In this document: positions 19,916 to 38,679 of the stretch, piece by piece | Numbering within the stretch: position 1 is the first letter of the stretch | Layout of the letters: every line of letters begins with the position of its first letter | Notes under the pieces: generated by a model | The model's input: the letters and a program-made list of their open reading frames with translations, nothing else | Databases searched by the model: none | What the model was told of the DNA's origin: nothing | Program-made: the position numbers and the translations under genes | Sequence record: OK018184 | Source of the DNA: Shigella phage CT01 | Length of the DNA stretch: 64,000 nt | Strand: one strand, 5' to 3'

Positions 19916-20912
19916 TTCAAGTGTTATCTATCGTGCGATAGTTACTTCAAAATTTAGAACAGAAAAAATGTTGAATTTTTATAATTCAATTGGAAGTGGT
20001 CCGGATAAAAACACTATCTTTATTACATTTGGAAGATCAGAACCGTGGTCATCAAACGAAAATGAGGTGGGATTTGCCCCACCTTATCCCACTGATTCTG
20101 TGTTAGGTGTAACTGACATGTGGACTCATATGATGGGAACCGTAAAGGTTCTTCCATCTATGCTTGATGCAGTTATTCCTCGTAGAGATTGGGGAGATAC
20201 TAGATATCCGGATCCATACACATTTAGAATTAACGATATTGTAGTGTGTAACTCAGCTCCTTACAATGCTACCGAATCAGGTGCAGGTTGGTTAGTATAT
20301 CGTTGTTTAGATGTTCCTGATACAGGAGTGTGCTCAATTGAGTCTTTAACTAATAAGGATGAATGCCTTAAGCTAGGTGGAAAATGGACTCCTTCTGTTA
20401 GGTCAATGACTCCTCCTGAAGGTCGAGGAGACGCGGAAGGAACAATCGAACCTGGAGACGGGTATGTATGGGAATATCTTTTTGAGATTCCGCCTGATGT
20501 ATCTATAAACAGATGCACAAATGAATATATCGTCGTTCCTTGGCCCGAGGAATTAAAAGAAGACCCGACTAGATGGGGGTATGAAGACAACCTCACTTGG
20601 CAGCAAGATGATTTTGGATTAATTTACCGGGTTAAGGCAAATACTATTCGTTTTAAAGCATACTTAGATTCAGTTTATTTTCCTGAAGCTGCATTGCCAG
20701 GAAATAAAGGATTTAGACAAATATCGATAATCACAAATCCTCTTGAAGCTAAAGTTCATCCAAATGACCCAAACGTTAAAGCTGAAAAGGATTACTATGA
20801 TCCGGAAGATTTAATGAGGCATTCGGGCGAAATGATTTATATGGAAAATAGGCCACCTATTATTATGGCAATGGATCAAACAGAAGAAATCAATATTCTG
20901 TTTACATTTTAA
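19908..20912 (+). CDS. 8: baseplate wedge protein gp8
   Basis: 334 aa; overlaps the gp7 stop. Confidence 0.8.
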   Translation: MNDSSVIYRAIVTSKFRTEKMLNFYNSIGSGPDKNTIFITFGRSEPWSSNENEVGFAPPYPTDSVLGVTDMWTHMMGTVKVLPSMLDAVIPRRDWGDTRYPDPYTFRINDIVVCNSAPYNATESGAGWLVYRCLDVPDTGVCSIESLTNKDECLKLGGKWTPSVRSMTPPEGRGDAEGTIEPGDGYVWEYLFEIPPDVSINRCTNEYIVVPWPEELKEDPTRWGYEDNLTWQQDDFGLIYRVKANTIRFKAYLDSVYFPEAALPGNKGFRQISIITNPLEAKVHPNDPNVKAEKDYYDPEDLMRHSGEMIYMENRPPIIMAMDQTEEINILFTF

Positions 20913-20917
20913 ATTAA

Positions 20918-20940
20918 GGGAGCCCATGGGCTCCCTTTTT
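20918..20940 (+). terminator. intrinsic terminator after gene 8
   Basis: gggagccc-atgg-gctccc hairpin followed by TTTTTC. Confidence 0.55.
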
Positions 20941-20943
20941 CTT

Positions 20944-20951
20944 TATAAATA
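20944..20951 (+). promoter_or_regulatory. late promoter TATAAATA for gene 9
   Basis: exact TATAAATA about 25 bp upstream of the gp9 ATG. Confidence 0.6.
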
Positions 20952-20975
20952 CTATAAACTCATAAGGAAACCGCT

Positions 20976-21842
20976 ATGTTCATTCAAGAACCAAAGAAAT
21001 TGATTGATACCGGCGAAATTGGTAACGCTTCTACTGGTGATATCTTATTCGACGGTGGTAATAAAATTAATAGTGATTTTAACGCAATTTATAACGCGTT
21101 TGGCGATCAGCGTAAAATGGCAGTAGCAAATGGCACTGGTGCTAACGGCCAAATTATCCATGCTACTGGATATTATCAAAAGCATTCTATCGCAGAGTAC
21201 GCAACTCCGGTGAAAGTTGGTACTAGACATGATATTGATACCTCTACTGTTGGTGTTAAAGTTATCATTGAAAGAGGCGAACTTGGCGACTGCGTTGAAT
21301 TTATTAACTCAAATGGATCAATATCAGTTACTAATCCTTTAACGATTCAAGCTATTGATTCAATTAAAGGCGTTTCAGGTAATTTGGTAGTAACTAGCCC
21401 ATATAGTAAAGTTACTTTACGTTGTATTTCATCTGATAATTCTACGTCAGTTTGGAATTATTCTATTGAAAGTATGTTTGGCCAAAAGGAATCACCGGCC
21501 GAAGGTACATGGAATATTTCTACGTCTGGATCAGTTGACATTCCGCTATTTCATCGTACTGAATATAACATGGCTAAATTGTTAGTTACATGCCAATCAG
21601 TAGATGGAAGAAAAATTAAAACAGCAGAAATAAATATTCTTGTAGATACTGTTAATTCAGAGGTCATTTCTTCTGAATATGCTGTCATGCGAGTTGGGAA
21701 TGAAACCGAAGAAGACGAAATCGCTAATATTGCATTTAGTATTAAAACAAATTATGTAACAGCGACTATAAGTTCTTCAACTGTCGGTATGAGAGCAGCA
21801 GTTAAAGTTATCGCTACGCAGAAAATCGGGGTGGCTCAATAA
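20976..21842 (+). CDS. 9: baseplate wedge / long tail fibre socket gp9
   Basis: 288 aa, T4 gp9 size and position. Confidence 0.75.
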   Translation: MFIQEPKKLIDTGEIGNASTGDILFDGGNKINSDFNAIYNAFGDQRKMAVANGTGANGQIIHATGYYQKHSIAEYATPVKVGTRHDIDTSTVGVKVIIERGELGDCVEFINSNGSISVTNPLTIQAIDSIKGVSGNLVVTSPYSKVTLRCISSDNSTSVWNYSIESMFGQKESPAEGTWNISTSGSVDIPLFHRTEYNMAKLLVTCQSVDGRKIKTAEINILVDTVNSEVISSEYAVMRVGNETEEDEIANIAFSIKTNYVTATISSSTVGMRAAVKVIATQKIGVAQ

Positions 21843-23647
21843 TGAAACAAAATATTAATATCGGTAATGTTGTTGATGATGGTACCGGTGACTACCTGCG
21901 TAAAGGTGGTATAAAAATAAATGAAAACTTTGATGAACTTTATTATGAACTTGGCGATGGAGATGTTCCATATTCAGCCGGTGCCTGGAAAACTTATAAT
22001 GCTTCATCTGGACAAACACTAACGGCAGAATGGGGAAAATCATACGCTATTAATACCTCTTCTGGAAGAGTAACTTTACAACTTCCTAAAGGAACTGTTA
22101 ATGATTATAATAAAGTAATTAGAGCTAGGGATGTATTTGCAACATGGAACATCAATCCAGTTACTTTAGTAGCTGCTTCTGGAGATACAATTAAAGGGTC
22201 GTCATCATCGGTTGAAATTAATACTCAATTTAGTGATTTAGAGCTCGTTTATTGCGCTCCAGGACGTTGGGAATATGTCAAAAACAAACAAATTGACAAA
22301 ATTGTTAGTTCAGATATTAGTAATGTAGCTCGCAAAGAATTTTTAGTTGAAGTTCAAGGACAAACTGACTTTTTAGATGTTTTCAATGGAACTAGTTATA
22401 ATGTCAATAACATCAGAGTAAAACATCGTGGTAACGAATTATATTACGGCGATGTATTTAGTGAAAACAGTGACTTTGGCTCTCCAGGGGAAAATGAAGG
22501 AGAACTAATTCCTCTCGATGGATTTAATATTAGGCTAAGACAGCCATGTAATATTGGTGACACCGTTCAAATTGAAACATTTATGGATGGTGTATCACAA
22601 TGGAGAAGTTCATATACTAGACGCCAAATAAAAGTACTAGATTCAAAACTAACATCAAAGACTTCTTTAGAAGGAAGCATTTATGTTACTGATTTATCGG
22701 CGATGAAATCAATTCCATTTTCTGCATTTGGATTAATTCCTGGTGAACCTATTAATCCTAATTCTCTTGAAGTTCGTTTTAATGGAATTTTACAGCAACA
22801 AGCTGGAACAGCTGGATATCCTCTGTTTTTGTGTGAAGGCGCTAGTTCAGATACACAAGAAGGTTGTATATCTCTTGGTGGTGAATGGAAAGAATCAAAC
22901 ACAGATTATTCTATAGAATATGAAGATGGAAAACCTACCAGTCTTTTATTTGATAGAAAATTTGAATCAGGTGATATAATCGTTATAACGTGGTTCAATA
23001 ATGATTTAGGAACTCTTTTAGAAAAAGATGACATCATTGAATTGACTGATGACCGTTATGTTAGTAAAGGATCATCTACCGAAGTTACTGGTGATGTAGC
23101 CTTAACGGATTTTGATAAAATCGGTTGGCCAAATGTTGAAAAAGTTGATTCTTATACTAGAACGTATAATTCAATATCATCTATTTTCGATAGCATTTAT
23201 CCTGTAGGTTCAATTTATGAAAATGCTATAAATCCAAATAATCCGGCGACTTATATGGGATTTGGTTCATGGAAATTATTTGGTAAAGGACGGGTTTTAG
23301 TAGGATGGAATGATGATGTTACGGATCCAAACTTTGCTTTAAACAATAATGATTTAGATTCTAGCGGAAATCCTTCACATACTGCCGGTGGTACAGTTGG
23401 AACAACATCAGTAACGCTTGAAAACGCAAATCTTCCTGCAACTAAAACCGACGAAAGAGTTTTAATTGAAGATGAAAATGGATCGGTTATTATTGGAGGT
23501 TGCCAATATGACCCAGATGAAACTGGTCCTATATATACAAAATATCGTGAAGACTACGCAACAACAAACTCTTCACATACTCCTCCTGCTAATATTAGTA
23601 ATATTCAACCGTCTATTACTGTATACCGTTGGATAAGGATTGCATAA
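21842..23647 (+). CDS. 10: baseplate wedge protein gp10
   Basis: 601 aa, T4 gp10 size and position. Confidence 0.8.
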   Translation: MKQNINIGNVVDDGTGDYLRKGGIKINENFDELYYELGDGDVPYSAGAWKTYNASSGQTLTAEWGKSYAINTSSGRVTLQLPKGTVNDYNKVIRARDVFATWNINPVTLVAASGDTIKGSSSSVEINTQFSDLELVYCAPGRWEYVKNKQIDKIVSSDISNVARKEFLVEVQGQTDFLDVFNGTSYNVNNIRVKHRGNELYYGDVFSENSDFGSPGENEGELIPLDGFNIRLRQPCNIGDTVQIETFMDGVSQWRSSYTRRQIKVLDSKLTSKTSLEGSIYVTDLSAMKSIPFSAFGLIPGEPINPNSLEVRFNGILQQQAGTAGYPLFLCEGASSDTQEGCISLGGEWKESNTDYSIEYEDGKPTSLLFDRKFESGDIIVITWFNNDLGTLLEKDDIIELTDDRYVSKGSSTEVTGDVALTDFDKIGWPNVEKVDSYTRTYNSISSIFDSIYPVGSIYENAINPNNPATYMGFGSWKLFGKGRVLVGWNDDVTDPNFALNNNDLDSSGNPSHTAGGTVGTTSVTLENANLPATKTDERVLIEDENGSVIIGGCQYDPDETGPIYTKYREDYATTNSSHTPPANISNIQPSITVYRWIRIA

Positions 23648-24306
23648 TGAGTTTACTTAATAATAAAGCGGGAGTTATTTCCCGCTTAGCAGATTTTCTT
23701 GGTTTTAGAACTAAGAAAAATGATATTTCGGTTATGAATAATCAGCCAGTAGGTGCTGTAACAATTTCACAAATAGCAAAAGGTTTTTATGACCCAAATG
23801 TAGAATCTGCTATCAATGATGTTAGAAATATGGCAGAGCAACAGGTTGGAGCTGTATTAGTTAATATAAGCGGCGTATCTCCTACTGGTGTGCAGCAAAC
23901 AGACTATTGGTCATTTGAAGGAACTGTTACTGATACTTCAGCCAAACCAGGTGACCCAGTTATTGTTAACATGTTTGGTATTCCAGTTAAAGCTACTAAC
24001 GGAATGACTTCAATCGAATTTACCAGTGCCGTTAGAACAGCTCTACAGGAAATGGTTGCAAAATTTATTGCAATTGATTCATTTGAAGACCATCCTACAA
24101 TAGGAAATAAAATACAAGTTAAGTATTTAGATAACCAGGAACATATCTTAGAACAATACTCTGATAAAGGAATTACTTTCAAACAAGAAATAATTTCTCC
24201 TTCTAAACCTGGATACGGAACTTGGCAATTATTAGGTGCGCAAACTGTTACGCTAGATAGTCACACACAACCTACGGTATTTTATTATTTTGAGAGAATA
24301 GCATGA
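23647..24306 (+). CDS. 11: baseplate wedge / short tail fibre attachment gp11
   Basis: start taken at [10 protein letters not shown]… (219 aa, TAATG overlap with the gp10 stop); the ORF track extends it to 23629. Confidence 0.75.
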   Translation: MSLLNNKAGVISRLADFLGFRTKKNDISVMNNQPVGAVTISQIAKGFYDPNVESAINDVRNMAEQQVGAVLVNISGVSPTGVQQTDYWSFEGTVTDTSAKPGDPVIVNMFGIPVKATNGMTSIEFTSAVRTALQEMVAKFIAIDSFEDHPTIGNKIQVKYLDNQEHILEQYSDKGITFKQEIISPSKPGYGTWQLLGAQTVTLDSHTQPTVFYYFERIA

Positions 24307-25853
24307 GTAACAATACATATCAGCACGTATCAAATGAATCAAAATATGTTAAATTCGATCCAGTAGGATCGAATTTTCCTGACACTGTCACGACAGTGCA
24401 GTCTGCATTATCAAAAATAAGTAATATCGGCGTAAATGGTATTCCTGATGCAACTATGGAAGTTAAAGGAATAGCAATGATTGCGTCAGAGCAAGAGGTT
24501 TTAGATGGAACTAATAATTCTAAAATCGTTACACCAGCTACATTAGCAACAAGATTATTGTATCCAAATGCTACTGAAACTAAGTATGGTTTAACGCGCT
24601 ATTCAACAAATGAAGAAACATTAGAAGGCTCAGATAATAATTCATCAATAACGCCGCAAAAACTGAAATACCATACTGACGATGTGTTCCAAAATAGATA
24701 TTCGTCTGAGTCATCAAACGGGGTTATTAAAATATCATCTACACCTGCAGCTTTAGCTGGAGTTGATGATACTACGGCAATGACTCCATTAAAAACACAA
24801 AAACTTGCAATAAAATTAATTTCACAAATAGCTCCTTCCGAAGATACTGCATCAGAATCTGTGAGAGGTGTAGTTCAATTATCTACTGTTGCGCAAACTC
24901 GTCAAGGAACTCTCCGCGAAGGATATGCAATTTCTCCGTATACCTTTATGAATTCTGTTGCAACACAAGAATATAAGGGTGTTATACGTTTAGGAACACA
25001 ATCGGAAATTAACAGTAATTTGGGAGATGTTGCAGTAACGGGTGAAACACTAAATGGTCGAGGAGCTACTGGTTCTATGCGTGGAGTAGTTAAATTAACG
25101 ACGCAAGCCGGTATTGCCCCTGAAGGTGATAGCTCTGGTGCATTAGCATGGAACGCAGATGTAATTAATACTCGTGGTGGACAAACTATTAATGGTTCTT
25201 TAAATTTAGACCATCTTACAGCAAACGGAATTTGGTCGCGTGGTGGAATGTGGAAAAATGGCGATCAGCCAGTTGCCACTGAAAGATATGCGTCCGAAAG
25301 AATTCCAGTTGGGACTATTATGATGTTTGCAGGTGATTCAGCACCTCCTGGTTGGCTTATGTGCCATGGTGGAACCGTGTCAGGTGACCAATTTCCTGAT
25401 TATAGAAACGTAGTTGGAGGAAGATTTGGTGGGGATTGGAATAATCCAGGGATTCCTGATATGCGAGGTCTTTTCGTCAGAGGAGCCGGCACAGGCGGTC
25501 ATATTTTAAATCAACGTGGACAAGATGGCTATGGAAAGGATAGACTGGGCGTAGGATGTGACGGAATGCATGTTGGTGGTGTTCAGGCACAACAAATGTC
25601 ATACCATAAACATGCTGGTGGTTGGGGTGAATATAACAGAAGTGAAGGCCCATTTGGCGCGTCAGTTTATCAAGGATATCTTGGAACTAGAAAATATTCC
25701 GACTGGGATAATGCTTCATACTTCACTAATGATGGATTTGAATTAGGTGGACCGAGAGATGCTCATGGTACACTTAATCGTGAAGGATTAATTGGTTATG
25801 AAACTAGACCATGGAATATATCATTAAACTATATTATTAAAGTTCATTACTAA
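24303..25853 (+). CDS. 12: short tail fibre gp12
   Basis: 516 aa; Gly-rich C-terminal receptor-binding region; T4 gp12 position. Confidence 0.8.
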   Translation: MSNNTYQHVSNESKYVKFDPVGSNFPDTVTTVQSALSKISNIGVNGIPDATMEVKGIAMIASEQEVLDGTNNSKIVTPATLATRLLYPNATETKYGLTRYSTNEETLEGSDNNSSITPQKLKYHTDDVFQNRYSSESSNGVIKISSTPAALAGVDDTTAMTPLKTQKLAIKLISQIAPSEDTASESVRGVVQLSTVAQTRQGTLREGYAISPYTFMNSVATQEYKGVIRLGTQSEINSNLGDVAVTGETLNGRGATGSMRGVVKLTTQAGIAPEGDSSGALAWNADVINTRGGQTINGSLNLDHLTANGIWSRGGMWKNGDQPVATERYASERIPVGTIMMFAGDSAPPGWLMCHGGTVSGDQFPDYRNVVGGRFGGDWNNPGIPDMRGLFVRGAGTGGHILNQRGQDGYGKDRLGVGCDGMHVGGVQAQQMSYHKHAGGWGEYNRSEGPFGASVYQGYLGTRKYSDWDNASYFTNDGFELGGPRDAHGTLNREGLIGYETRPWNISLNYIIKVHY

Positions 25854-25862
25854 GGATTACAA

Positions 25863-27320
25863 ATGATTGAATTAAAAGAGTTACCTTTTGTTGATAGCGT
25901 TCCTGACGAAGGTCAGGAACGCATTTCATGGATTAAAAATGGTGAAGAAATATTAGGAGCTAGTACTAAGTATGGAAATGATGGATCAATGAATAGACCA
26001 ATTGTTTCCGTGTTTAAAAACGTCGAAGTTCTTGATGAAAATGTGGGAATTCTTAAAACTGCCATTGAAACATCACAGAAAGATATTAAAACAATTCAAG
26101 GAGTTTTAGACGTATCAGGAGATATAGAAGCGCTATCGCAGATCAGTGTTAATAAAAATGACATATCAAATTTAAAGACACTTACTAGTGAACACACTGA
26201 TATATTAACTGGAACTAATAATACAGTTGACAAAATTATTGCTGATATAGGTCCATTTAATGATGAAGAAAACTCTGTTTATAGAACAATTAGAAATGAT
26301 TTACTGTGGATTAAACAGGAATTAGGACAATATTCTGGCCAAGACATTAATGGTCTTCCTGTTGTTGGTAATGCTAGCACAGGAATGAAACACAGAATAA
26401 TAACAAATAGCACATTATTATCTTCACAAGGCATTCGTTTAAGCGAATTAGAAAATAAATTTACTGAATCTGACGTAGGATCATTAACTGTTGAAGTTGG
26501 TAAATTACGTGATGAACTTGGTAATAAACCGGTAGATTTTGGACCAAATATTTATAATAGATTAAACGCTATAGATGATAAACAAACTTTAATAAATTCT
26601 GATATAGCAGAAATTAAATCTTCTATTGGATACCCAGAAAATGTTTCTATAATAACAGAAATTAATAATAACAAAAGTAGCATTGAAGCTATTAATAATG
26701 AATTAAATCAGAGTGAAGGTGTTAAACAGCGCTTAACGGCTATTGAAACTTCTATCGGTTCAGATGATATTCCTTCTAGTATTAAAGGAAAAATTAAAAA
26801 TCACACAAATTCTATTGAGTCTTTAAACGGAATTGTTGGTGAAAACACTTCGTCTGGTTTAAGAGCGAATGTTTCGTGGTTAAATCAAATTGTTGGAACT
26901 GACTCCAGTGGAGGACAACCGTCTCCTTCTGGATCTCTATTAAATAAAGTTTCAGTGCTTGAAGGAGAAGTTTCAGTTTTAAACAATAATGTTCAAAATA
27001 TACAAGTTGAAATAGGAAATAATAGAACAGGAATTAAAGGTCAAGTTATTGAACTTACTTCACTTATAAATGGAAATAATCCTGACGGATCAACTGTTGA
27101 AGAACGAGGATTAACTAATTCTGTAAAAACGAATGAAACCAACATTGCGGCAGTCACACATGAAGTAAATACAGCTAAAGACAATATATCCTCTTTACAG
27201 AGCAGCGTTCAAGCTCTACAAGAAGCAGGTTATATTCCTGAAGCTCCAAAAGATGGCCAAGCTTACGTTCGTAAAGACGGCGAATGGGTACTACTTTCTA
27301 CCTTTTTATCACCAGCATAA
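25863..27320 (+). CDS. wac: fibritin (whisker) Wac
   Basis: 485 aa coiled coil ending in the foldon [27 protein letters not shown]. Confidence 0.9.
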   Translation: MIELKELPFVDSVPDEGQERISWIKNGEEILGASTKYGNDGSMNRPIVSVFKNVEVLDENVGILKTAIETSQKDIKTIQGVLDVSGDIEALSQISVNKNDISNLKTLTSEHTDILTGTNNTVDKIIADIGPFNDEENSVYRTIRNDLLWIKQELGQYSGQDINGLPVVGNASTGMKHRIITNSTLLSSQGIRLSELENKFTESDVGSLTVEVGKLRDELGNKPVDFGPNIYNRLNAIDDKQTLINSDIAEIKSSIGYPENVSIITEINNNKSSIEAINNELNQSEGVKQRLTAIETSIGSDDIPSSIKGKIKNHTNSIESLNGIVGENTSSGLRANVSWLNQIVGTDSSGGQPSPSGSLLNKVSVLEGEVSVLNNNVQNIQVEIGNNRTGIKGQVIELTSLINGNNPDGSTVEERGLTNSVKTNETNIAAVTHEVNTAKDNISSLQSSVQALQEAGYIPEAPKDGQAYVRKDGEWVLLSTFLSPA

Positions 27321-27323
27321 CAT

Positions 27324-27350
27324 GGGGCCGCAAGGCCCCAAAGGATTTTT
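27324..27350 (+). terminator. hairpin terminator after wac
   Basis: ggggccgcaaggcccc hairpin followed by a T-rich tract. Confidence 0.45.
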
Positions 27351-27352
27351 AA

Positions 27353-29054
<1,702 letters not shown>

Positions 29055-29095
29055 TAAATATTATAAACTAATTAAAGCCCAGATTAGGAGAAATC

Positions 29096-32236
<3,141 letters not shown>

Positions 32237-32264
32237 TATTAAAGCATATTAAAGAGGATTAAAA

Positions 32265-34244
32265 ATGACTTTATTATCTCCGGGCATTGAGCTCAAAGAA
32301 ACTACGGTTCAAAGCACCGTGGTTAATAACTCTACTGGTACAGCAGCTTTGGCCGGTAAATTCCAGTGGGGTCCTGCTTTTCAGATCAAACAGGTTACAA
32401 ATGAAGTAGATTTAGTTAATACTTTTGGTCAACCTACAGCTGAAACTGCTGACTATTTTATGTCTGCAATGAATTTCTTACAATATGGAAATGATTTGCG
32501 AGTTGTGCGTGCTGTCGATAGAGATACCGCTAAAAACTCATCTCCGATTGCTGGTAATATTGAATACACTATTTCTACTCCAGGTAGTAACTACGCGGTT
32601 GGAGATAAAATCACAGTTAAGTATGTTTCAGAAGACATTGAAACGGAAGGTAAAATTACCGAAGTAGATGCTGATGGAAAAATTAAGAAAATTAGTATTC
32701 CTACCGCAAAAATTATCGCTAAAGCGAAAGAAGTCGGTGAATATCCAGCATTAGGTTCTAACTGGACCGCGGAAATTTCTTCGTCTTCATCTGGTTTAGC
32801 TGCAGTAATAACTCTTGGAAAAATTATTACTGATTCCGGTATTTTATTAGCTGAGATTGAAAATGCTGAAGCTGCTATGACAGCGGTTGACTTTCAGGCA
32901 AATCTCGAAAAATATGGAATTCCAGGAGTAGTAGCTCTTTATCCGGGCGAGTTGGGCGATAAAATCGAAATTGAAATCGTATCTAAAGCTGACTACGCAA
33001 AAGGTGCTTCTGCATTACTTCCAATTTATCCAGGTGGCGGAACACGCGCATCTACTGCCAAGGCAGTTTTTGGATATGGACCACAAACTGATTCGCAATA
33101 CGCTATTATAGTTCGTCGTAATGATGCTATTGTTCAAAGTATTGTTCTTTCAACAAAGCGTGGTGAAAAAGATATTTACGATAGTAACATCTACATTGAT
33201 GACTTTTTCGCAAAAGGCGGTTCAGAATATATTTTCGCAACTGCACAAAACTGGCCAGAAGGATTCTCTGGAATTTTAACTCTGTCTGGTGGATTATCAT
33301 CAAATGCTGAAGTAACAGCAGGAGATTTAATGGAAGCCTGGGACTTCTTTGCTGACCGTGAATCTGTTGACGTTCAGTTGTTTATTGCGGGTTCTTGTGC
33401 CGGTGAATCTTTAGAAACAGCATCTACTGTCCAAAAACACGTCGTTTCAATTGGGGATGCTCGCCAGGATTGCTTAGTATTGTGCTCACCACCGCGCGAA
33501 ACTGTAGTTGGAATTCCTGTAACTCGCGCTGTTGATAACTTAGTCAATTGGAGAACCGCAACAGGTTCATACACTGATAATAACTTTAATATCAGTTCAA
33601 CCTACGCAGCAATTGATGGTAACTACAAATATCAGTATGACAAATATAATGATGTAAATCGTTGGGTTCCATTAGCAGCTGATATTGCCGGTTTATGTGC
33701 AAGAACCGATAACGTTTCTCAGACTTGGATGTCTCCAGCTGGTTATAATCGCGGCCAGATTCTTAACGTTATTAAACTTGCTATTGAAACTCGCCAAGCT
33801 CAGCGCGACCGTTTATATCAAGAAGCTATCAACCCAGTAACTGGTACAGGTGGTGATGGTTACGTATTGTATGGTGATAAAACAGCTACTTCTGTTCCTT
33901 CTCCATTTGATCGTATTAACGTTCGTCGTCTGTTTAATATGTTGAAAACGAATATCGGACGTAGTTCAAAATATCGTTTGTTCGAATTAAACAACGCGTT
34001 TACTCGTTCATCATTCCGCACAGAAACTGCCCAATACTTACAGGGAATTAAAGCTCTCGGTGGAATTTATGAATATCGTGTAGTTTGCGATACAACAAAT
34101 AACACTCCGTCAGTAATTGATAGAAATGAGTTTGTTGCAACATTCTACATCCAACCGGCCAGAAGCATTAACTACATTACCTTGAACTTCGTAGCAACTG
34201 CTACTGGTGCAGATTTCGATGAGTTAACTGGTCTTGCAGGTTAA
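32265..34244 (+). CDS. 18: tail sheath protein gp18
   Basis: 659 aa, T4 gp18 size and position. Confidence 0.9.
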   Translation: MTLLSPGIELKETTVQSTVVNNSTGTAALAGKFQWGPAFQIKQVTNEVDLVNTFGQPTAETADYFMSAMNFLQYGNDLRVVRAVDRDTAKNSSPIAGNIEYTISTPGSNYAVGDKITVKYVSEDIETEGKITEVDADGKIKKISIPTAKIIAKAKEVGEYPALGSNWTAEISSSSSGLAAVITLGKIITDSGILLAEIENAEAAMTAVDFQANLEKYGIPGVVALYPGELGDKIEIEIVSKADYAKGASALLPIYPGGGTRASTAKAVFGYGPQTDSQYAIIVRRNDAIVQSIVLSTKRGEKDIYDSNIYIDDFFAKGGSEYIFATAQNWPEGFSGILTLSGGLSSNAEVTAGDLMEAWDFFADRESVDVQLFIAGSCAGESLETASTVQKHVVSIGDARQDCLVLCSPPRETVVGIPVTRAVDNLVNWRTATGSYTDNNFNISSTYAAIDGNYKYQYDKYNDVNRWVPLAADIAGLCARTDNVSQTWMSPAGYNRGQILNVIKLAIETRQAQRDRLYQEAINPVTGTGGDGYVLYGDKTATSVPSPFDRINVRRLFNMLKTNIGRSSKYRLFELNNAFTRSSFRTETAQYLQGIKALGGIYEYRVVCDTTNNTPSVIDRNEFVATFYIQPARSINYITLNFVATATGADFDELTGLAG

Positions 34245-34260
34245 TACTGTGCATTCTAAA

Positions 34261-34278
34261 GGCCTGTTTCGGCAGGCC
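34261..34278 (+). terminator. hairpin after gene 18
   Basis: ggcctg-tttcgg-caggcc perfect hairpin, immediately followed by a late promoter motif. Confidence 0.4.
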
Positions 34279-34338
34279 ATATAAATACACTATATCCTTA
34301 ATTCTTTAATTCTATATGCCCTAGGTTAAACATAGGGA

Positions 34339-34346
34339 TATAAATA
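34339..34346 (+). promoter_or_regulatory. late promoter TATAAATA for gene 19
   Basis: exact TATAAATA about 15 bp upstream of the gp19 ATG; a second copy lies at 34280-34287. Confidence 0.55.
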
Positions 34347-34360
34347 CTACAGAGGCTAAT

Positions 34361-34852
34361 ATGTTTGTAGATGATGTAACACGAGCGTTTGAATCTGGTG
34401 ATTTTGCTCGACCTAACTTATTCCAAGTAGAAATTTCTTATCTTGGACAAAATTTCACGTTTCAATGTAAAGCCACTGCTTTACCAGCTGGTATTGTAGA
34501 AAAAATTCCAGTCGGATTTATGAACCGTAAAATTAACGTAGCAGGCGATCGTACATTCGATGACTGGACTATTACAGTAATGAATGATGAGGCGCATGAT
34601 GCACGCCAGAAGTTTGTTGACTGGCAAAGCATTGCTGCTGGGCAAGGAAACGAAATTACTGGTGGAAAACCAGCAGAGTATAAAAAGAGCGCTATTGTAC
34701 GCCAATATGCTCGTGACGCTAAAACTGTAACAAAAGAAGTCGAAATTAAAGGCCTGTGGCCTACTAACGTGGGTGAACTTCAGTTAGATTGGGATTCAAA
34801 CAATGAAATCCAAACCTTTGAAGTAACTCTCGCTCTCGATTATTGGGAATAA
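34361..34852 (+). CDS. 19: tail tube protein gp19
   Basis: 163 aa, T4 gp19 size and position. Confidence 0.85.
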   Translation: MFVDDVTRAFESGDFARPNLFQVEISYLGQNFTFQCKATALPAGIVEKIPVGFMNRKINVAGDRTFDDWTITVMNDEAHDARQKFVDWQSIAAGQGNEITGGKPAEYKKSAIVRQYARDAKTVTKEVEIKGLWPTNVGELQLDWDSNNEIQTFEVTLALDYWE

Positions 34853-34884
34853 AATGAATGGGGAGAAATCCCCATCCTGCTTAA

Positions 34885-36509
<1,625 letters not shown>

Positions 36510-36510
<1 letters not shown>

Positions 36511-36758
36511 TGGAAGGTTTAATTGAAGCTATTAAATCAAACGACCTCGTAGCCGCTCGTAAATTATTTGCTGAAGCCATGGCTGCAAGAACGATTGATT
36601 TAATTAAAGAAGAAAAAATCGCTATCGCTCGTAATTTCTTAATTGAAGGTGAAGAACCTGAAGACGAGGATGAAGATGATGACGAAGATAGCGATGATAA
36701 AGACGACAAAAAAGACAAAGACTCTGATGAAGATGACGAAGACGAGGATGATGAATAA
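36510..36758 (+). CDS. 67: prohead core protein gp67
   Basis: 82 aa with a strongly acidic D/E-rich C-terminal tract. Confidence 0.7.
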
Positions 36759-37183
36759 TGCTTCTGATCCCTGAAACTCATGAATTAGTTCTCGAGAATG
36801 TCGAAGCACTTATTCCTGAAGCACAGGGTCGCTTTGACGAATTGTCTTCTGCTTTAAATAAAGACGATATAAATACAATTGTCGAGAATATGCTTGATGA
36901 TGAAACTGATTTAGCAGTTGCATTAGCTTCTATTAATGAAAATATGCCGTTAAATGAATTCATCGTTAAACATGTTTCTGCCCGTGGTGAAATTACTCGC
37001 ACTAAAGATCGCAAAACCCGCGAACGAAATGCATTTCAAACCACCGGGCTGTCTAAAGCAAAACGTAGACAAATTGCTCGTAAAGCTACCAAAACGAAGA
37101 TTGCCAATCCAGCAGGTCAATCTCGTGCTCAGCGTAAGCGTAAAAAAGCTCTTAAACGCCGTAAAGCATTAGGATTAAGCTAA
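36758..37183 (+). CDS. 68: prohead core protein gp68
   Basis: 141 aa, basic C-terminus; between 67 and 21 as in T4. Confidence 0.7.
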
Positions 37184-37821
37184 TGAATGAACCCCAATTA
37201 CTAATTGAAACTTGGGGTCAACCTGGCGAAATTATTGATGGCGTGCCAATGCTTGAATCTCACGATGGAAAAGACTTAGGTTTAAAACCGGGTTTATACA
37301 TTGAAGGAATATTCATGCAAGCGGAAGTCGTCAATAGAAATAAACGTCTTTATCCAAAACGCATATTAGAAAAAGCGGTAAAAGACTATATTAATGAGCA
37401 AGTTTTAACTAAACAAGCTCTCGGAGAATTAAATCATCCTCCACGCGCTAATGTTGACCCGATGCAAGCCGCTATCATTATAGAAGATATGTGGTGGAAA
37501 GGAAATGACGTATACGGACGAGCTCGTGTTATTGAAGGTGACCATGGTCCTGGAGATAAATTAGCAGCTAATATTCGTGCCGGATGGATTCCAGGAGTTT
37601 CTTCTCGTGGATTAGGTTCATTGACTGACACAAATAAAGGTTATCGTATCGTAAACGAAGGATTCAAATTAACTGTAGGTGTTGATGCAGTATGGGGTCC
37701 AAGTGCTCCAGATGCATGGGTAACTCCTAAGGAAATTACCGAATCACAGACGGCGGAAGCCGATACAAGTGCCGATGACGCCTATATGGCTCTCGCAGAG
37801 GCCATGAAAAAAGCGTTATAA
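37183..37821 (+). CDS. 21: prohead core protease gp21
   Basis: 212 aa, T4 gp21 size and position. Confidence 0.85.
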   Translation: MNEPQLLIETWGQPGEIIDGVPMLESHDGKDLGLKPGLYIEGIFMQAEVVNRNKRLYPKRILEKAVKDYINEQVLTKQALGELNHPPRANVDPMQAAIIIEDMWWKGNDVYGRARVIEGDHGPGDKLAANIRAGWIPGVSSRGLGSLTDTNKGYRIVNEGFKLTVGVDAVWGPSAPDAWVTPKEITESQTAEADTSADDAYMALAEAMKKAL

Positions 37822-37824
37822 ATA
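37817..37824 (+). promoter_or_regulatory. late promoter TATAAATA for gene 22
   Basis: exact TATAAATA overlapping the gp21 stop, about 28 bp upstream of gp22. Confidence 0.55.
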
Positions 37825-37851
37825 TTATTATCTAAACAACAGGACTACAAA

Positions 37852-38661
37852 ATGCTTAAAGAACAACTGATTGCTGAAGCGCAAAAAATTGATGCTTCCG
37901 TTGCTCTTGATAGTATTTTCGAATCAGTTAATATTTCTCCGGAAGCAAAAGAAACTTTCGGCACTGTATTCGAAGCTACCGTCAAGCAGCACGCCGTTAA
38001 ATTAGCTGAATCTCATATCGCTAAAATTGCTGAAAAAGCAGAAGAAGAAGTAGAAAAAAATAAAGAAGAAGCAGAAGAAAAAGCTGAGAAGAAAATCGCT
38101 GAGCAAGCTTCTAAATTCATTGACCATCTTGCGAAAGAATGGCTCGCTGAAAATAAATTAGCAGTTGATAAAGGCATCAAAGCCGAACTGTTTGAATCCA
38201 TGCTTGGTGGATTAAAAGAGCTCTTTGTTGAACACAACGTTGTTGTTCCAGAAGAATCAGTTGATGTTGTGGCTGAAATGGAAGAAGAGCTGCAAGAACA
38301 TAAAGAAGAATCAGCTCGTCTGTTCGAAGAACTCAATATGCGCGACGCATATATTAATTATGTGCAGCGTGAAGTGGCATTGAGCGAAAGTACTAAAGAT
38401 CTGACTGAGTCTCAAAAAGAAAAAGTCTCTGCTCTGGTCGAAGGTATGGATTATTCAGATGAATTCTCAAATAAATTGAGTGCCATCGTAGAAATGGTGA
38501 AGAAGTCTAATAAAGATGAAAGCACTATTACTGAGGGTATAAATACTCCTGATACTGAAGCAGCCGGACTGAATTTCGTCACTGAAGCTGTAGAAGATAA
38601 AGCTGCACCTGGTGCAGAAGATATTGTAAGTGTATATGCGAAAGTCGCATCTCGTTTCTAA
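37852..38661 (+). CDS. 22: prohead scaffold protein gp22
   Basis: 269 aa, highly charged helical protein. Confidence 0.8.
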   Translation: MLKEQLIAEAQKIDASVALDSIFESVNISPEAKETFGTVFEATVKQHAVKLAESHIAKIAEKAEEEVEKNKEEAEEKAEKKIAEQASKFIDHLAKEWLAENKLAVDKGIKAELFESMLGGLKELFVEHNVVVPEESVDVVAEMEEELQEHKEESARLFEELNMRDAYINYVQREVALSESTKDLTESQKEKVSALVEGMDYSDEFSNKLSAIVEMVKKSNKDESTITEGINTPDTEAAGLNFVTEAVEDKAAPGAEDIVSVYAKVASRF

Positions 38662-38679
38662 TTTTAAAGGTTAACACAA